Source: an uncultured Fibrobacteria bacterium (GTDB lineage: Bacteria; Fibrobacterota; Fibrobacteria; UBA11236). Taken from it: a stretch of DNA of 64,000 nucleotides. The position numbers and the translations under genes are program-made. This document shows, in pieces, positions 40,542 to 52,586 of the stretch; position 1 is the stretch's first letter, and each line of letters opens with the position of its first letter. Below the pieces are notes generated by a model that saw nothing but the letters and a program-made list of their open reading frames with translations, was not told the DNA's origin and did no database searches. Location of the stretch: NCBI GenBank assembly GCA_963716395.1, contig OY970309.1:2304001-2368000 (forward strand). Direction: 5' to 3'.

Positions 40542-41689
40542 ACTCCGCGACCTTGGCCACCAAGTTGCGCGCCTGGCTGCCGCGCCTGGCTTCTTTGCGC
40601 ATCACCGTGGTATGCCTGCTGCTGCTCTTCATCTTGACGGCTTGGGGCACGATTTACCAGGCCGGAAACGGTTTGTATGCGGCGCAGACCCGTTTTTTCC
40701 ATTCCTGGTTTTTCCTCATCGGCGGCATCATCCCCTTTCCCGGAGCGCAACTCGTCATCTGGGTGCTGTTCATCAATTTGCTGGCTTCGCTGATCTTCCG
40801 CGTGAAATATTCCTGGGGAAATCTCGGCAACATCATCACCCATGCCGGCATCCTTTTTCTGATCGCCGGGTCTTTCGTGACCTATAAATACGCCGTGGAA
40901 TCCTACCTCCCGCTTTCCGAAGGGGAACTTTCCAACGTTTCCCTGGATCGTCGCAATTGGGAATTGGCCGTTTGGCATGAATCCGGCGATGCGATGGCGA
41001 AGAAAGTTTCGACCCTGGAAATGAGTCCGGACCAGATGGGGCGCGAAATCGATTTTTCCAGCCTCGGCTTCAAAGCGGTGGTGGAGAACTACTATCGGAA
41101 TTGCGTCCCCGAAACCGACCCGGCCAATTCGAGCGCCGTCCGGTTAATGCCGCGCCGGCCGGCCAAAGAACCGGAAGACAATGTCGCCGGCATGGTTCTC
41201 AAGGTCGAGCCGCGCGATGGGCCGGCCCGCGAATTCGTTCTTTACGGCGACCAAACCGAACCCGTCACGGTCGGCGGTGACCTGGAGGTTTCCCTCCGGC
41301 ATCAACGCCATCCCCTGCCCATGACCCTCAAACTCCTGACCGTCAGGCGGGAAGACTATGCCGGCACGAACATCGCCCGCAGTTTTCGCAGCACGGTGGA
41401 AGTCAAAAGCCGGGGGGTGAATTTCACCACGCGCATTTATATGAACCATCCCCTGCATTACCAAGGCTTCGTCTTCTACCAGGCCTCGTATTCCCGGGAC
41501 GCGGAGGGCGAGGGAGCTTCGGTGTTCCAGGTGGTCAAAAACACGGGCCGCCCGCTGCCGTATATATCCGGCGGGCTGATTTTTTCCGGCATGCTGATCC
41601 ATTTCCTGTGCATGCTTTTCGGATTCGGCCGCCGCGGCGAACCCGGGGGGCGGCCGAAAACAGCCATGGCGCGCGGGAGGGTGGCATGA
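40538..41689 (+). CDS. resB: Cytochrome c biogenesis protein ResB/CcsB (System II)
   Basis: LASLRITV, three N-terminal TMs with conserved His (ITHAG), IYMNHPLHYQGFVFYQASY, C-terminal TM. Confidence 0.85.
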   Translation: MNSATLATKLRAWLPRLASLRITVVCLLLLFILTAWGTIYQAGNGLYAAQTRFFHSWFFLIGGIIPFPGAQLVIWVLFINLLASLIFRVKYSWGNLGNIITHAGILFLIAGSFVTYKYAVESYLPLSEGELSNVSLDRRNWELAVWHESGDAMAKKVSTLEMSPDQMGREIDFSSLGFKAVVENYYRNCVPETDPANSSAVRLMPRRPAKEPEDNVAGMVLKVEPRDGPAREFVLYGDQTEPVTVGGDLEVSLRHQRHPLPMTLKLLTVRREDYAGTNIARSFRSTVEVKSRGVNFTTRIYMNHPLHYQGFVFYQASYSRDAEGEGASVFQVVKNTGRPLPYISGGLIFSGMLIHFLCMLFGFGRRGEPGGRPKTAMARGRVA

Positions 41690-43560
41690 AGACGCAAATT
41701 TTCTGGACCGCACTGGCGGTCGGCATCGGATTGGGTTTTTCCCAAGAAGTTTCCTTGCAGGCCTTCAAGGCCATTCCGATCATGGACGCCGGCCGGGTGA
41801 AACCCCTGGATACCTACGCGCGCATCACTTTGCTGCAACTCAGTTCCCGCAGCAGTTACCGGAACCGGCCCGCCATCGATTGGCTGGCCCGGGTCATGTT
41901 CACTCCCAACGCGGCTTCCAACGACGCGGTGTTCCGGATCAACAATATCGACGTGGTCTACACCTTGGGGTTGGAGCCCACCCGGAACAATCGCTACACC
42001 TTTGCGCAATTGGCGCCGGCCATCAGCAAACTTTCGCAGCAGGCCGAAGCCGCCATGAAGATCGAGGAGAAGCAACGCACACCGGTGGAATCGGAGCTCA
42101 TCCGCGTCGCGAACAATCTGAGCCTATACGTCGGTCTCATGAACAGCTTTCTGTTTACCGAACCGAACCCCGACTTTCAGGTTTCCGATCCCGCCGTGGC
42201 GGCGCACCTCGGGCTCCCGCCTCAAGATGGGCCTTACAGCTTCATGGAAATACGCGCCCATATGGGCCAATTGGCCCCGCTGGTGCAGCCGCTCATGGGC
42301 GGAGGGCAGGGGAAAGATCCTTCCACGTGGAGCCCCGAGCAAAAGGCCGCTTTTCAACTCTTTCAGAACTTCACCAATTGGAGCGAACAATATCGGGACT
42401 TCCCCATTCCCATCATTCCTCCGGCGGGAAACCGGGCGGAAATGTGGATGAGCCCATGGGGTTTGGTGGCCCGGCCAAACCTCGATCCCGGAACCATGGC
42501 AGCAGTCACAGCCCTGCAAGCAATGGATTCGGCCTTTGTCGCGGGTCAGCCGGCGAAATTCGATCGCGCGGTGAATGCGCTCGTCGGTTTCATCGAGGCC
42601 CGCGGGGGTGTGGCGATCAAACCGTGGCGCCTGCACCTGGAAATTTTTTACAACGCTCTCGATCCTTTTTACCGCGCCAAAATCCTCTACGGCCTCGCCA
42701 TTCTGGGAAGTTTACTGGCGATGATGGTGTGGAGAAAATGGCTGTCCGTTCCCAGCCTGGCGCTGCTCGTTTGCGGCGCCTTGCTCGAAGCCGTCGGCAT
42801 CGGCCTGCGGGTGGTCATCAGCGGCCGCGCCCCGGTTTCCAATCTCTTTGAAACCTTCCTCTTCGTGTCCTTTATCGGCGCGCTTTTGGGAATCGCGCTG
42901 GAACTTTTTCATCGCAAAGGCTTCGGCACCTTGGTGGGATCCATCACCGGCTTCCTGGTGCTGCTGATTTCCAGCCGCTACAACACCGACGGCGACACCA
43001 TCGGCGTCCTGGTGGCGGTGTTGAACTCGAATTTTTGGCTGAGCACCCATGTCATCACCATCAGTCTGGGTTATGCGGGTTGCTGCATCGCCGGGGTGAT
43101 CGGGCATCTTTATCTGATGCAAACCGCCGTGAACCCCGCGGCCAAGGAAAAATTGGACGGGTTAAGCCGCATGACCTATGCCATGCTCGCTTTCGGCCTG
43201 CTCTTCGCCTTCATCGGCACCATTTTGGGCGGCATCTGGGCCGACCAAAGCTGGGGCCGATTCTGGGGGTGGGATCCGAAGGAAAACGGGGCGTTGTTGA
43301 TTGTGCTCTGGGGCACGATTTTGTTTCATGCCAAGTTGGGCAAAATGATCGGCCCGCTGGGAATGGCCGTGGGTTCGGTGTTGGGAATCGTGGTGGTGAT
43401 GATGGCCTGGTTCGGCATCAACTTGCTCGGGGTCGGGTTGCACTCCTACGGATTCACCTCGGGAGTGGCCAATTCCCTGGCCGTGTATGTCAGCCTCGAA
43501 GCGCTCTTTCTGGTGGTCGTGCTGTACTTCGTCAAGCGCGCGCAACTGCGTGCGGCTTGA
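41686..43560 (+). CDS. ccsA: Cytochrome c biogenesis protein CcsA/ResC (System II)
   Basis: GRVKPLDTYAR, APVSNLFET, SNFWLSTHV, GGIWADQSWGRFWGWDPKEN (WWD domain), GLHSY. Confidence 0.92.
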   Translation: MKTQIFWTALAVGIGLGFSQEVSLQAFKAIPIMDAGRVKPLDTYARITLLQLSSRSSYRNRPAIDWLARVMFTPNAASNDAVFRINNIDVVYTLGLEPTRNNRYTFAQLAPAISKLSQQAEAAMKIEEKQRTPVESELIRVANNLSLYVGLMNSFLFTEPNPDFQVSDPAVAAHLGLPPQDGPYSFMEIRAHMGQLAPLVQPLMGGGQGKDPSTWSPEQKAAFQLFQNFTNWSEQYRDFPIPIIPPAGNRAEMWMSPWGLVARPNLDPGTMAAVTALQAMDSAFVAGQPAKFDRAVNALVGFIEARGGVAIKPWRLHLEIFYNALDPFYRAKILYGLAILGSLLAMMVWRKWLSVPSLALLVCGALLEAVGIGLRVVISGRAPVSNLFETFLFVSFIGALLGIALELFHRKGFGTLVGSITGFLVLLISSRYNTDGDTIGVLVAVLNSNFWLSTHVITISLGYAGCCIAGVIGHLYLMQTAVNPAAKEKLDGLSRMTYAMLAFGLLFAFIGTILGGIWADQSWGRFWGWDPKENGALLIVLWGTILFHAKLGKMIGPLGMAVGSVLGIVVVMMAWFGINLLGVGLHSYGFTSGVANSLAVYVSLEALFLVVVLYFVKRAQLRAA

Positions 43561-43666
43561 CTTTTCCCATCCTGCCGCTTTGTCAAAAGAAAAACGAGCT
43601 TCGCGTTACCTTCCGGCCTAAGTTAGGGAAAGCGGGTCACATCCCAGGTACCGGCAGGAGGGAATT

Positions 43667-44212
43667 ATGACGGATACGGAATGCGCGGACCGGGAGAGGG
43701 AACAATCCGTTTTTCGTTCCGCGGGCCCTGATGGCAACGCGGCCGGTCGCGGCCGGCCTCCGATACAAGGCTCGGTGCTCGCGCTGTGGCTGGCGCAGGC
43801 GCCGCCCCAAAGCAAAGGGTTCCAGGAAAAGGTGCGTCTGGTTCCGAACCACGAGAAAAATGCCGACCATGCTCTGGTCTGGAGCAGTCCCGTGAATATC
43901 GTGTCCTGGGGGCAGCTTGCCCAGGTCCTGGACAAAGACCCGCTGTTCGAATTCAAGCATTGCGAATTGAACATTTGCGTCACATCGGCGGATTTGTCTT
44001 CGCAGCGGACCGGCGACGTCATTTGGATCGGGGAGGCCCGGTTGGAAGTGTTGCGGAACGGCGGGTCTTGCCCCAAACGCTGCCATTTGCAAGCGGGCGA
44101 TCCGTCGCCTTGCGCGCTCACGACCAGTTGGATTTCCGCCCGCGTCCTGCAAGCCGGCCAAGTGTGCATCGACGATACTTTGTTGGCCCTGGCGCAGTAC
44201 CAAGGCGCCTGA
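43667..44212 (+). CDS. MOSC-domain-like protein
   Basis: GGAGGG RBS; NICV...GDVIWIGEARLEV...CPKRC...C.L....ISARVLQAGQV..DD follows the MOSC pattern. Confidence 0.6.
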   Translation: MTDTECADREREQSVFRSAGPDGNAAGRGRPPIQGSVLALWLAQAPPQSKGFQEKVRLVPNHEKNADHALVWSSPVNIVSWGQLAQVLDKDPLFEFKHCELNICVTSADLSSQRTGDVIWIGEARLEVLRNGGSCPKRCHLQAGDPSPCALTTSWISARVLQAGQVCIDDTLLALAQYQGA

Positions 44213-44340
44213 GAACCGGTCGGCGGCGGCAACCCCGGTATGCAAAAAACTCTGCCGCCCTGGCAAAATCCCGGTTTGGCGAATTCAAAAGCCGAATCCG
44301 CATTACCTTAAGAGCATCAGGCGGAAGGGAGTGGCCGAAC

Positions 44341-44532
44341 ATGGAAAAGCGAATTCCTGAAATCGAATGTCCCCGGCGCGGCAAGCGAATCTCCTTATTG
44401 GAATGCCACGATTGCGATAAGCGCATTCACGTTCTGCACCGGGATGAAGTCCCCGCCGAATTGCAATGTTCCCTGTGGTTGGAACTGTTGGATGCCGGAG
44501 ATTTTTTCGAAGACGTCTGCCGGAAAGATTAG
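44341..44532 (+). CDS. Small Cys-rich hypothetical protein (63 aa)
   Basis: GGAAGGGAG RBS; MEKRIPEIECPRRGKRISLLECHDCDKR...QC...VC. Confidence 0.55.
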   Translation: MEKRIPEIECPRRGKRISLLECHDCDKRIHVLHRDEVPAELQCSLWLELLDAGDFFEDVCRKD

Positions 44533-44553
44533 CCGCCCTTCGGCGGTTCGGCC

Positions 44554-44638
44554 GGTTCGACAGGCTCACCGACCGAAGTGTGGGTCGGTTCGACAAGCTC
44601 ACCGACCGAGGGGGTTCGGCTGGTGAGCCTGTTAAACC
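44554..44638. repeat. REP-like cluster, second copy (direct, direct, inverted)
   Basis: GGTTCGACAGGCTCACC 44554-44570, GGTTCGACAAGCTCACC 44587-44603, inverted GGTGAGCCTGTTAAACC 44622-44638. Confidence 0.8.
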
Positions 44639-44709
44639 AGTCGAACAATCAAACTCTTCGCACTGTGTAGGTCTTATCGCGATAAGATGATTTAGATTCG
44701 GCTCCCGCC

Positions 44710-48315
<3,606 letters not shown>

Positions 48316-48371
48316 CTTCAACCTTTCCGCCAACCCGTACCTTGGCGTATTTCAAGTCTTTTCATTAATAA

Positions 48372-48391
48372 GTATAAGGCGAACTTTATAC
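48372..48391. promoter_or_regulatory. Palindrome upstream of PFOR (candidate operator)
   Basis: GTATAA-N8-TTATAC in an AT-rich spacer 57-76 nt before the start. Confidence 0.35.
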
Positions 48392-48454
48392 GGTATTGAT
48401 CGTCTCCGGCCGACTTTTCCCTGACATTTTGGCGCGGCATCGGCAGCGGGTTTT

Positions 48455-49422
48455 TCATGCGAAACTCGGACAAATTTTTTCGAAGCGGGAACCTTGCCGG
48501 CTTCCCCGGCTCCGAAATTCCGCCTGCATCATTTCCAGGATTTTGGATTTTTCCCGGCACCAGGAGGGGGCGATGAGCAAGTCTCCGCGGGCATCTCCGG
48601 TGAACCGTTGCACCCCCACCGCGGACGGCACGCGTTCGAGAAAATCCACCAAGGACTCGACACATATTCGTCGATTTCCAAAGGCCGGTATTCGCCGCGG
48701 GCGTATTGCGCGGCCAAGGCGGTTCCCCGTACCACGTGCAGCGGATGGATTTTAATCGCGTGGTAGGTCCATTCACCCAAAACCGAGGCGGTGTGGCGAT
48801 AATGCTCCGGTGATTCACCCGGCAGGCCCAGAATGATATGCACGCAGAGGTCGAAGCCGCGCTGCCGGCACAGGTGCATGGCGCGGGCGAAGTCGTCGAA
48901 GGTGTGGGCCCGGTTGATGCGGCGCAGGGTGGCGTCGAAAGCCGATTGCAAACCCAATTCCAAGGTGAGAAAGGTTTTCGTTCCCAACTCTTCCAATAAG
49001 TCCGCGACTTCGGGGCCGACACAATCAGGGCGCGTGCCGATGGAAAGGCCCACCACGTCGGGATGTTCCAGGGCCTGCCGATAAAGCTCGCGCAGGCGGC
49101 GCACGGGCGCATAGGTTCCGGAAAAGGTTTGGAAATAGGCGATGAACTTTTCGGCCCCGAAGCGGGAGCGCGCATAGGCCATGCCCTGCTCCAATTGCAC
49201 GGGAAGGGAAACCCCGCGCTTTCCGGCGGAAGGGGAAAAACCGCGGTTGTCGCAATAGGTGCAACCACCACGCGACTTGGTGCCGTCGAGGTTGGGGCAG
49301 GTGAAGCCGCCGTTGAGCGTGACCTTGCGCACCTTCACGCCGGCGAATCCCCGCGCCGCCAGGAGTTGCGCGTAGGGTGTGTAAGGCGGGTCGACGGAGG
49401 CGGGTTTCGCGGCCGCGGCCAT
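48455..49422 (-). CDS. yhcC: TIGR01212 radical SAM protein (YhcC) with a 2-nt insertion near 48662
   Basis: GFTCPNLDG...GGCTYC, IAYFQ, IGTRPDC, ELGLQS, HIILGLPGE, IKIHPLH. The C-terminus LVDFLERVP...QRFTGD...LIAPSW...RQG is in another frame. Confidence 0.85.
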
Positions 49423-49423
49423 T

Positions 49424-50632
49424 TCATTTTCTCTCCGGCAAAACCAGCAGCAGGGGCGCGTAAATCCAAGCCCACCAGGCGACGGCGCCCAGGGCGAAGC
49501 CCGCGGCCACCGCCAGGTGCAGCCAATGACCGCGCGTCCAGATATCGGTGGCCACCCGCGAGGACATGGCCAGCAAAAGCAGCCAGCCGTAGCCGAAGGT
49601 TTGCTTACGATGGTTTTGCAGGATTTCCAGGCGGCCGCCGTGGGCTGCGGTCACGCGCGCGGCGATGGACAGGATCAGCCACAGAAATCCCGTGATGAAA
49701 ATCACATGCTCCCAGGCGACGGGGTAGGCGGGAAGAAACACCGGCATGGCCAGGCCCAATCCCATGGCCAGCAGGGAGTACCGCGCCCCGGCCAGGTAAG
49801 CCGGCAGGCGGCGGGACAGGCGGTGCAGGTGGTGTAAGTGCAGGGGACGCAGCAGGAACCAAAACCAAATGCCCGCCCGCAAGCCGGCGGCCACGCGGAG
49901 GGCCAGCGGCGTCGCGACCCAACCGTCGAGCGCATAACTCAGGGCAAAGAGAAATCCCCAGGGAAGAAGAGTACGGAAGGACGTATTGGGGGAGGAGCGC
50001 AGGTCTTCAGGCTGGACCAACGCGTTGCCGAACAGCTTGGGCAGAAGAAAATTTCCGATGCCCAGAATCAAGAGCAGGGGAAAGGCCTGGAACTGAAGTA
50101 GCGATCCCGTCCGGGCGAGTGCGAATCCGCCGAGGCCGCCGGCGAGGAGTCGAAGCAAAGTCCCGATCATATCGGCGGACACGGCCAGGGCGATAAACGC
50201 GAAGGCCGCAGGAGGATTTCCGCGCCGATGTTTCCAGCGGGTCGCGATGAAGAGGACGAAATTCACAAGCAAGAGGAGATGAAAAATTTGGCCCCAAGCC
50301 GTGGCGCCGATCACGGTCGCGAGGGGAGTCGCGATCAAGAGAATCGGGAACAGCGCGAATTGCCCTGGACCCAAAGGGGCGACGCCCAGCACCTTGGGAA
50401 GCATGGTGCACAGGAATCCGAAAATGAAGCAAAGCACAAATCCCTGAATTTGCAGGGCGGCATGCGCCGGGCCGGGATAGGGGAAAGTTTGCGGCCGGAA
50501 ATAAAAGGGAATCCAGATGCCCAATCCGATCGCGATAAAACCCATCCCCAACGGGAAAAGCAATCGATACGGCTCTTGCCGCAAATCGGCCCACGTGATT
50601 CCAGTGGTCGCGGTGGCGGCTTCCGGCGTCAT
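49424..50632 (-). CDS. nnrS: NnrS-family membrane protein
   Basis: EPYRLLFPLG, HA.LQIQGF...FIFGFL.T.LP, about 12 TMs, H..FITGF, ARVT..HGG. Confidence 0.75.
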   Translation of the reverse strand: MTPEAATATTGITWADLRQEPYRLLFPLGMGFIAIGLGIWIPFYFRPQTFPYPGPAHAALQIQGFVLCFIFGFLCTMLPKVLGVAPLGPGQFALFPILLIATPLATVIGATAWGQIFHLLLLVNFVLFIATRWKHRRGNPPAAFAFIALAVSADMIGTLLRLLAGGLGGFALARTGSLLQFQAFPLLLILGIGNFLLPKLFGNALVQPEDLRSSPNTSFRTLLPWGFLFALSYALDGWVATPLALRVAAGLRAGIWFWFLLRPLHLHHLHRLSRRLPAYLAGARYSLLAMGLGLAMPVFLPAYPVAWEHVIFITGFLWLILSIAARVTAAHGGRLEILQNHRKQTFGYGWLLLLAMSSRVATDIWTRGHWLHLAVAAGFALGAVAWWAWIYAPLLLVLPERK

Positions 50633-50643
50633 GCTTCGGTTCG

Positions 50644-52038
50644 TCAGATCACCCGCGAGTATTGGGGCAGATCGCCGCTGCCGATCATGGGATCAAACGC
50701 CGCGGCCACCATGCGGGACAACAAAAATCCGCTTTCGGTGATGCGGACCACGTCGTCTTCGCGCGCGGCGATTCCGTCGGCGAGAAACGGCGCGAGCTTG
50801 GCGTAACTGGCGGCCAGGTATTCGCGCTTCCATTCCGCCTCCAATCCCGGCACTTCCAAGGCGTCTTCCACTTCGGTTTCGCCGCGGCAGAGCAGGTCGT
50901 TGATGATGGCGCGCACGGCCACATCCTGGGTCCGCATGCGGTAGGCCCGGGCGAAGGAGGGTTTTCCGCTTTCGACCCGGGCGCGGTAGCGGTCCAAATC
51001 TTTTTCGTTCTGAAGGTACCCTTGGTGTAACTGGGAGATTCCGGATGCTCCGAAGGCGTGCACCTGGCCGGCGCGTTCGGCCACGCAATAGCCTTGGAAG
51101 TTGCGGTGCAACCGGCCCTCGGCCTTGGCCCGCCCCAGTTCGTCGTCGGGCTTGGCGAAGTGATCCATGCCCACGGCCACGTAGCCCGCGCGCAAGAAGG
51201 CTGCGCGCGAGGCGAGGGCCATGTCGAGGCGGGCGGCCGCATCGGGCAGGGGGAATTTTTCCAGCGCGCTTTGATGGCCTTTGACCCAGGGCACATGCGC
51301 ATACGGAAAGAGTGAGACCCGATCCGGGTCGGCATCGATGATGGCGGCCACGGTGTCGGCGAAGGAGTCGCGCGTTTGATAGGGCAGGCCGTAGATCAAA
51401 TCGAGGTTGATGCCGAAGAACCCGAGATCGCGGGCGGTTTGCACCAGCTCGGGATGCGGCAGGCGCGTAGGCCGGCGATGCACGGCCTGCAAAACCTGGG
51501 GATGGACGTCTTGGATGCCGAAGGAGACGCGGTTGAATCCCATGTTGCGGAGGTCTTCCAATTTGGATTTCACGATCAGGCTGGGATCGCATTCAATCGC
51601 GACTTCGGTGGCGTCGGAGATGGGGAAGGCCGAGGTAATCGTGCGCAGCACGGCCGCCAACGAAGCGTAAGCAACCGCGTTCGGGGTTCCGCCGCCGAAA
51701 TGGATTTGCGAGACGGGACGGGATGGGTCGAGATAGGGAAGCAATAACGCGAATTCTTGCGGCAGCAAATCCATGTAGGCGCGGATGAAATCGCCTTTGC
51801 GGCCTATCTCGGTGTAGCAACCGCAAAACGTGCAGCGCTGCGGACAAAAGGGAATATGGAAGTAAAAGGAAAGGTTTTTGGGCCCGATGCGGTTCGAAGT
51901 CTTCAGCAATTCCGGGTAATCGATTCCATCGGGATCTTGCACGATGAAGTTCGCGGGGGGATAGGAAGTGTAGCGCGGCGCGAACCCGTCATATTTCGAC
52001 AACAATTCCAGCGGAGATTTTTCTATTACGGCCGTCAT
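50644..52038 (-). CDS. hemN: Oxygen-independent coproporphyrinogen III oxidase
   Basis: KYD...PRYTSYP, YFHIPFCPQRCTFCGC, HFGGGTP, DLIYGLPYQ, YAHVPW, GMDHFA, LHRNFQGY. Confidence 0.95.
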   Translation of the reverse strand: MTAVIEKSPLELLSKYDGFAPRYTSYPPANFIVQDPDGIDYPELLKTSNRIGPKNLSFYFHIPFCPQRCTFCGCYTEIGRKGDFIRAYMDLLPQEFALLLPYLDPSRPVSQIHFGGGTPNAVAYASLAAVLRTITSAFPISDATEVAIECDPSLIVKSKLEDLRNMGFNRVSFGIQDVHPQVLQAVHRRPTRLPHPELVQTARDLGFFGINLDLIYGLPYQTRDSFADTVAAIIDADPDRVSLFPYAHVPWVKGHQSALEKFPLPDAAARLDMALASRAAFLRAGYVAVGMDHFAKPDDELGRAKAEGRLHRNFQGYCVAERAGQVHAFGASGISQLHQGYLQNEKDLDRYRARVESGKPSFARAYRMRTQDVAVRAIINDLLCRGETEVEDALEVPGLEAEWKREYLAASYAKLAPFLADGIAAREDDVVRITESGFLLSRMVAAAFDPMIGSGDLPQYSRVI

Positions 52039-52245
52039 ATCTTCCCACTCAGCTTTCTTCTTCTCATTAAAAGGAGCAAAGCCCAAGCCAAGCTGGTATC
52101 GCGTTTCCCGCGAATTCGATCAAACTTCGCAGCCTCGCTTCCGGGCTTTTTGTCAAAGCGGCATGCAGAATGACAAAGGTGTTCGCGTGCCATGCGGCCG
52201 GATCCGAGTGAGAAACCTGATCCTTCCTTGGAAGGTGGATTCGCG

Positions 52246-52569
52246 TCAATGGGCGGTTTTCAAGAATGCCAGGATCGACTGGTAATCCTGCGCCGCCAGA
52301 TTCGCTCGTAAGCGCATGTGCATAGCCACTACCGACCACTGCGCGTCGCTGTATTTGCTGGGGGATTGCAGGTTGTGGCAGCGGGCGCAATTCTCCGCCC
52401 AAAGTTTGGGGCCGTTTTCCTGGAGATCCGCCGTCGCCGTCGCCGGTGCCGTAGCCGGTGCCGTAGCGGGAGCCGGCGGGGTGGCCGCGCATCCCGTGGC
52501 CAGCCATGCCGCCGCACCCAGGGCGACAATCGCGATGCCTCTTATCAATCCATTGGTTCTGTTCTGCAT
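52246..52569 (-). CDS. Monoheme cytochrome c lipoprotein
   Basis: AGGAG RBS, lipobox ATGC, (APAT)n linker, LWAENCARCHN, W...MHMR.RA.L...ILAFL. Confidence 0.85.
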   Translation of the reverse strand: MQNRTNGLIRGIAIVALGAAAWLATGCAATPPAPATAPATAPATATADLQENGPKLWAENCARCHNLQSPSKYSDAQWSVVAMHMRLRANLAAQDYQSILAFLKTAH

Positions 52570-52586
52570 GATGGTAACTCCTTTAA

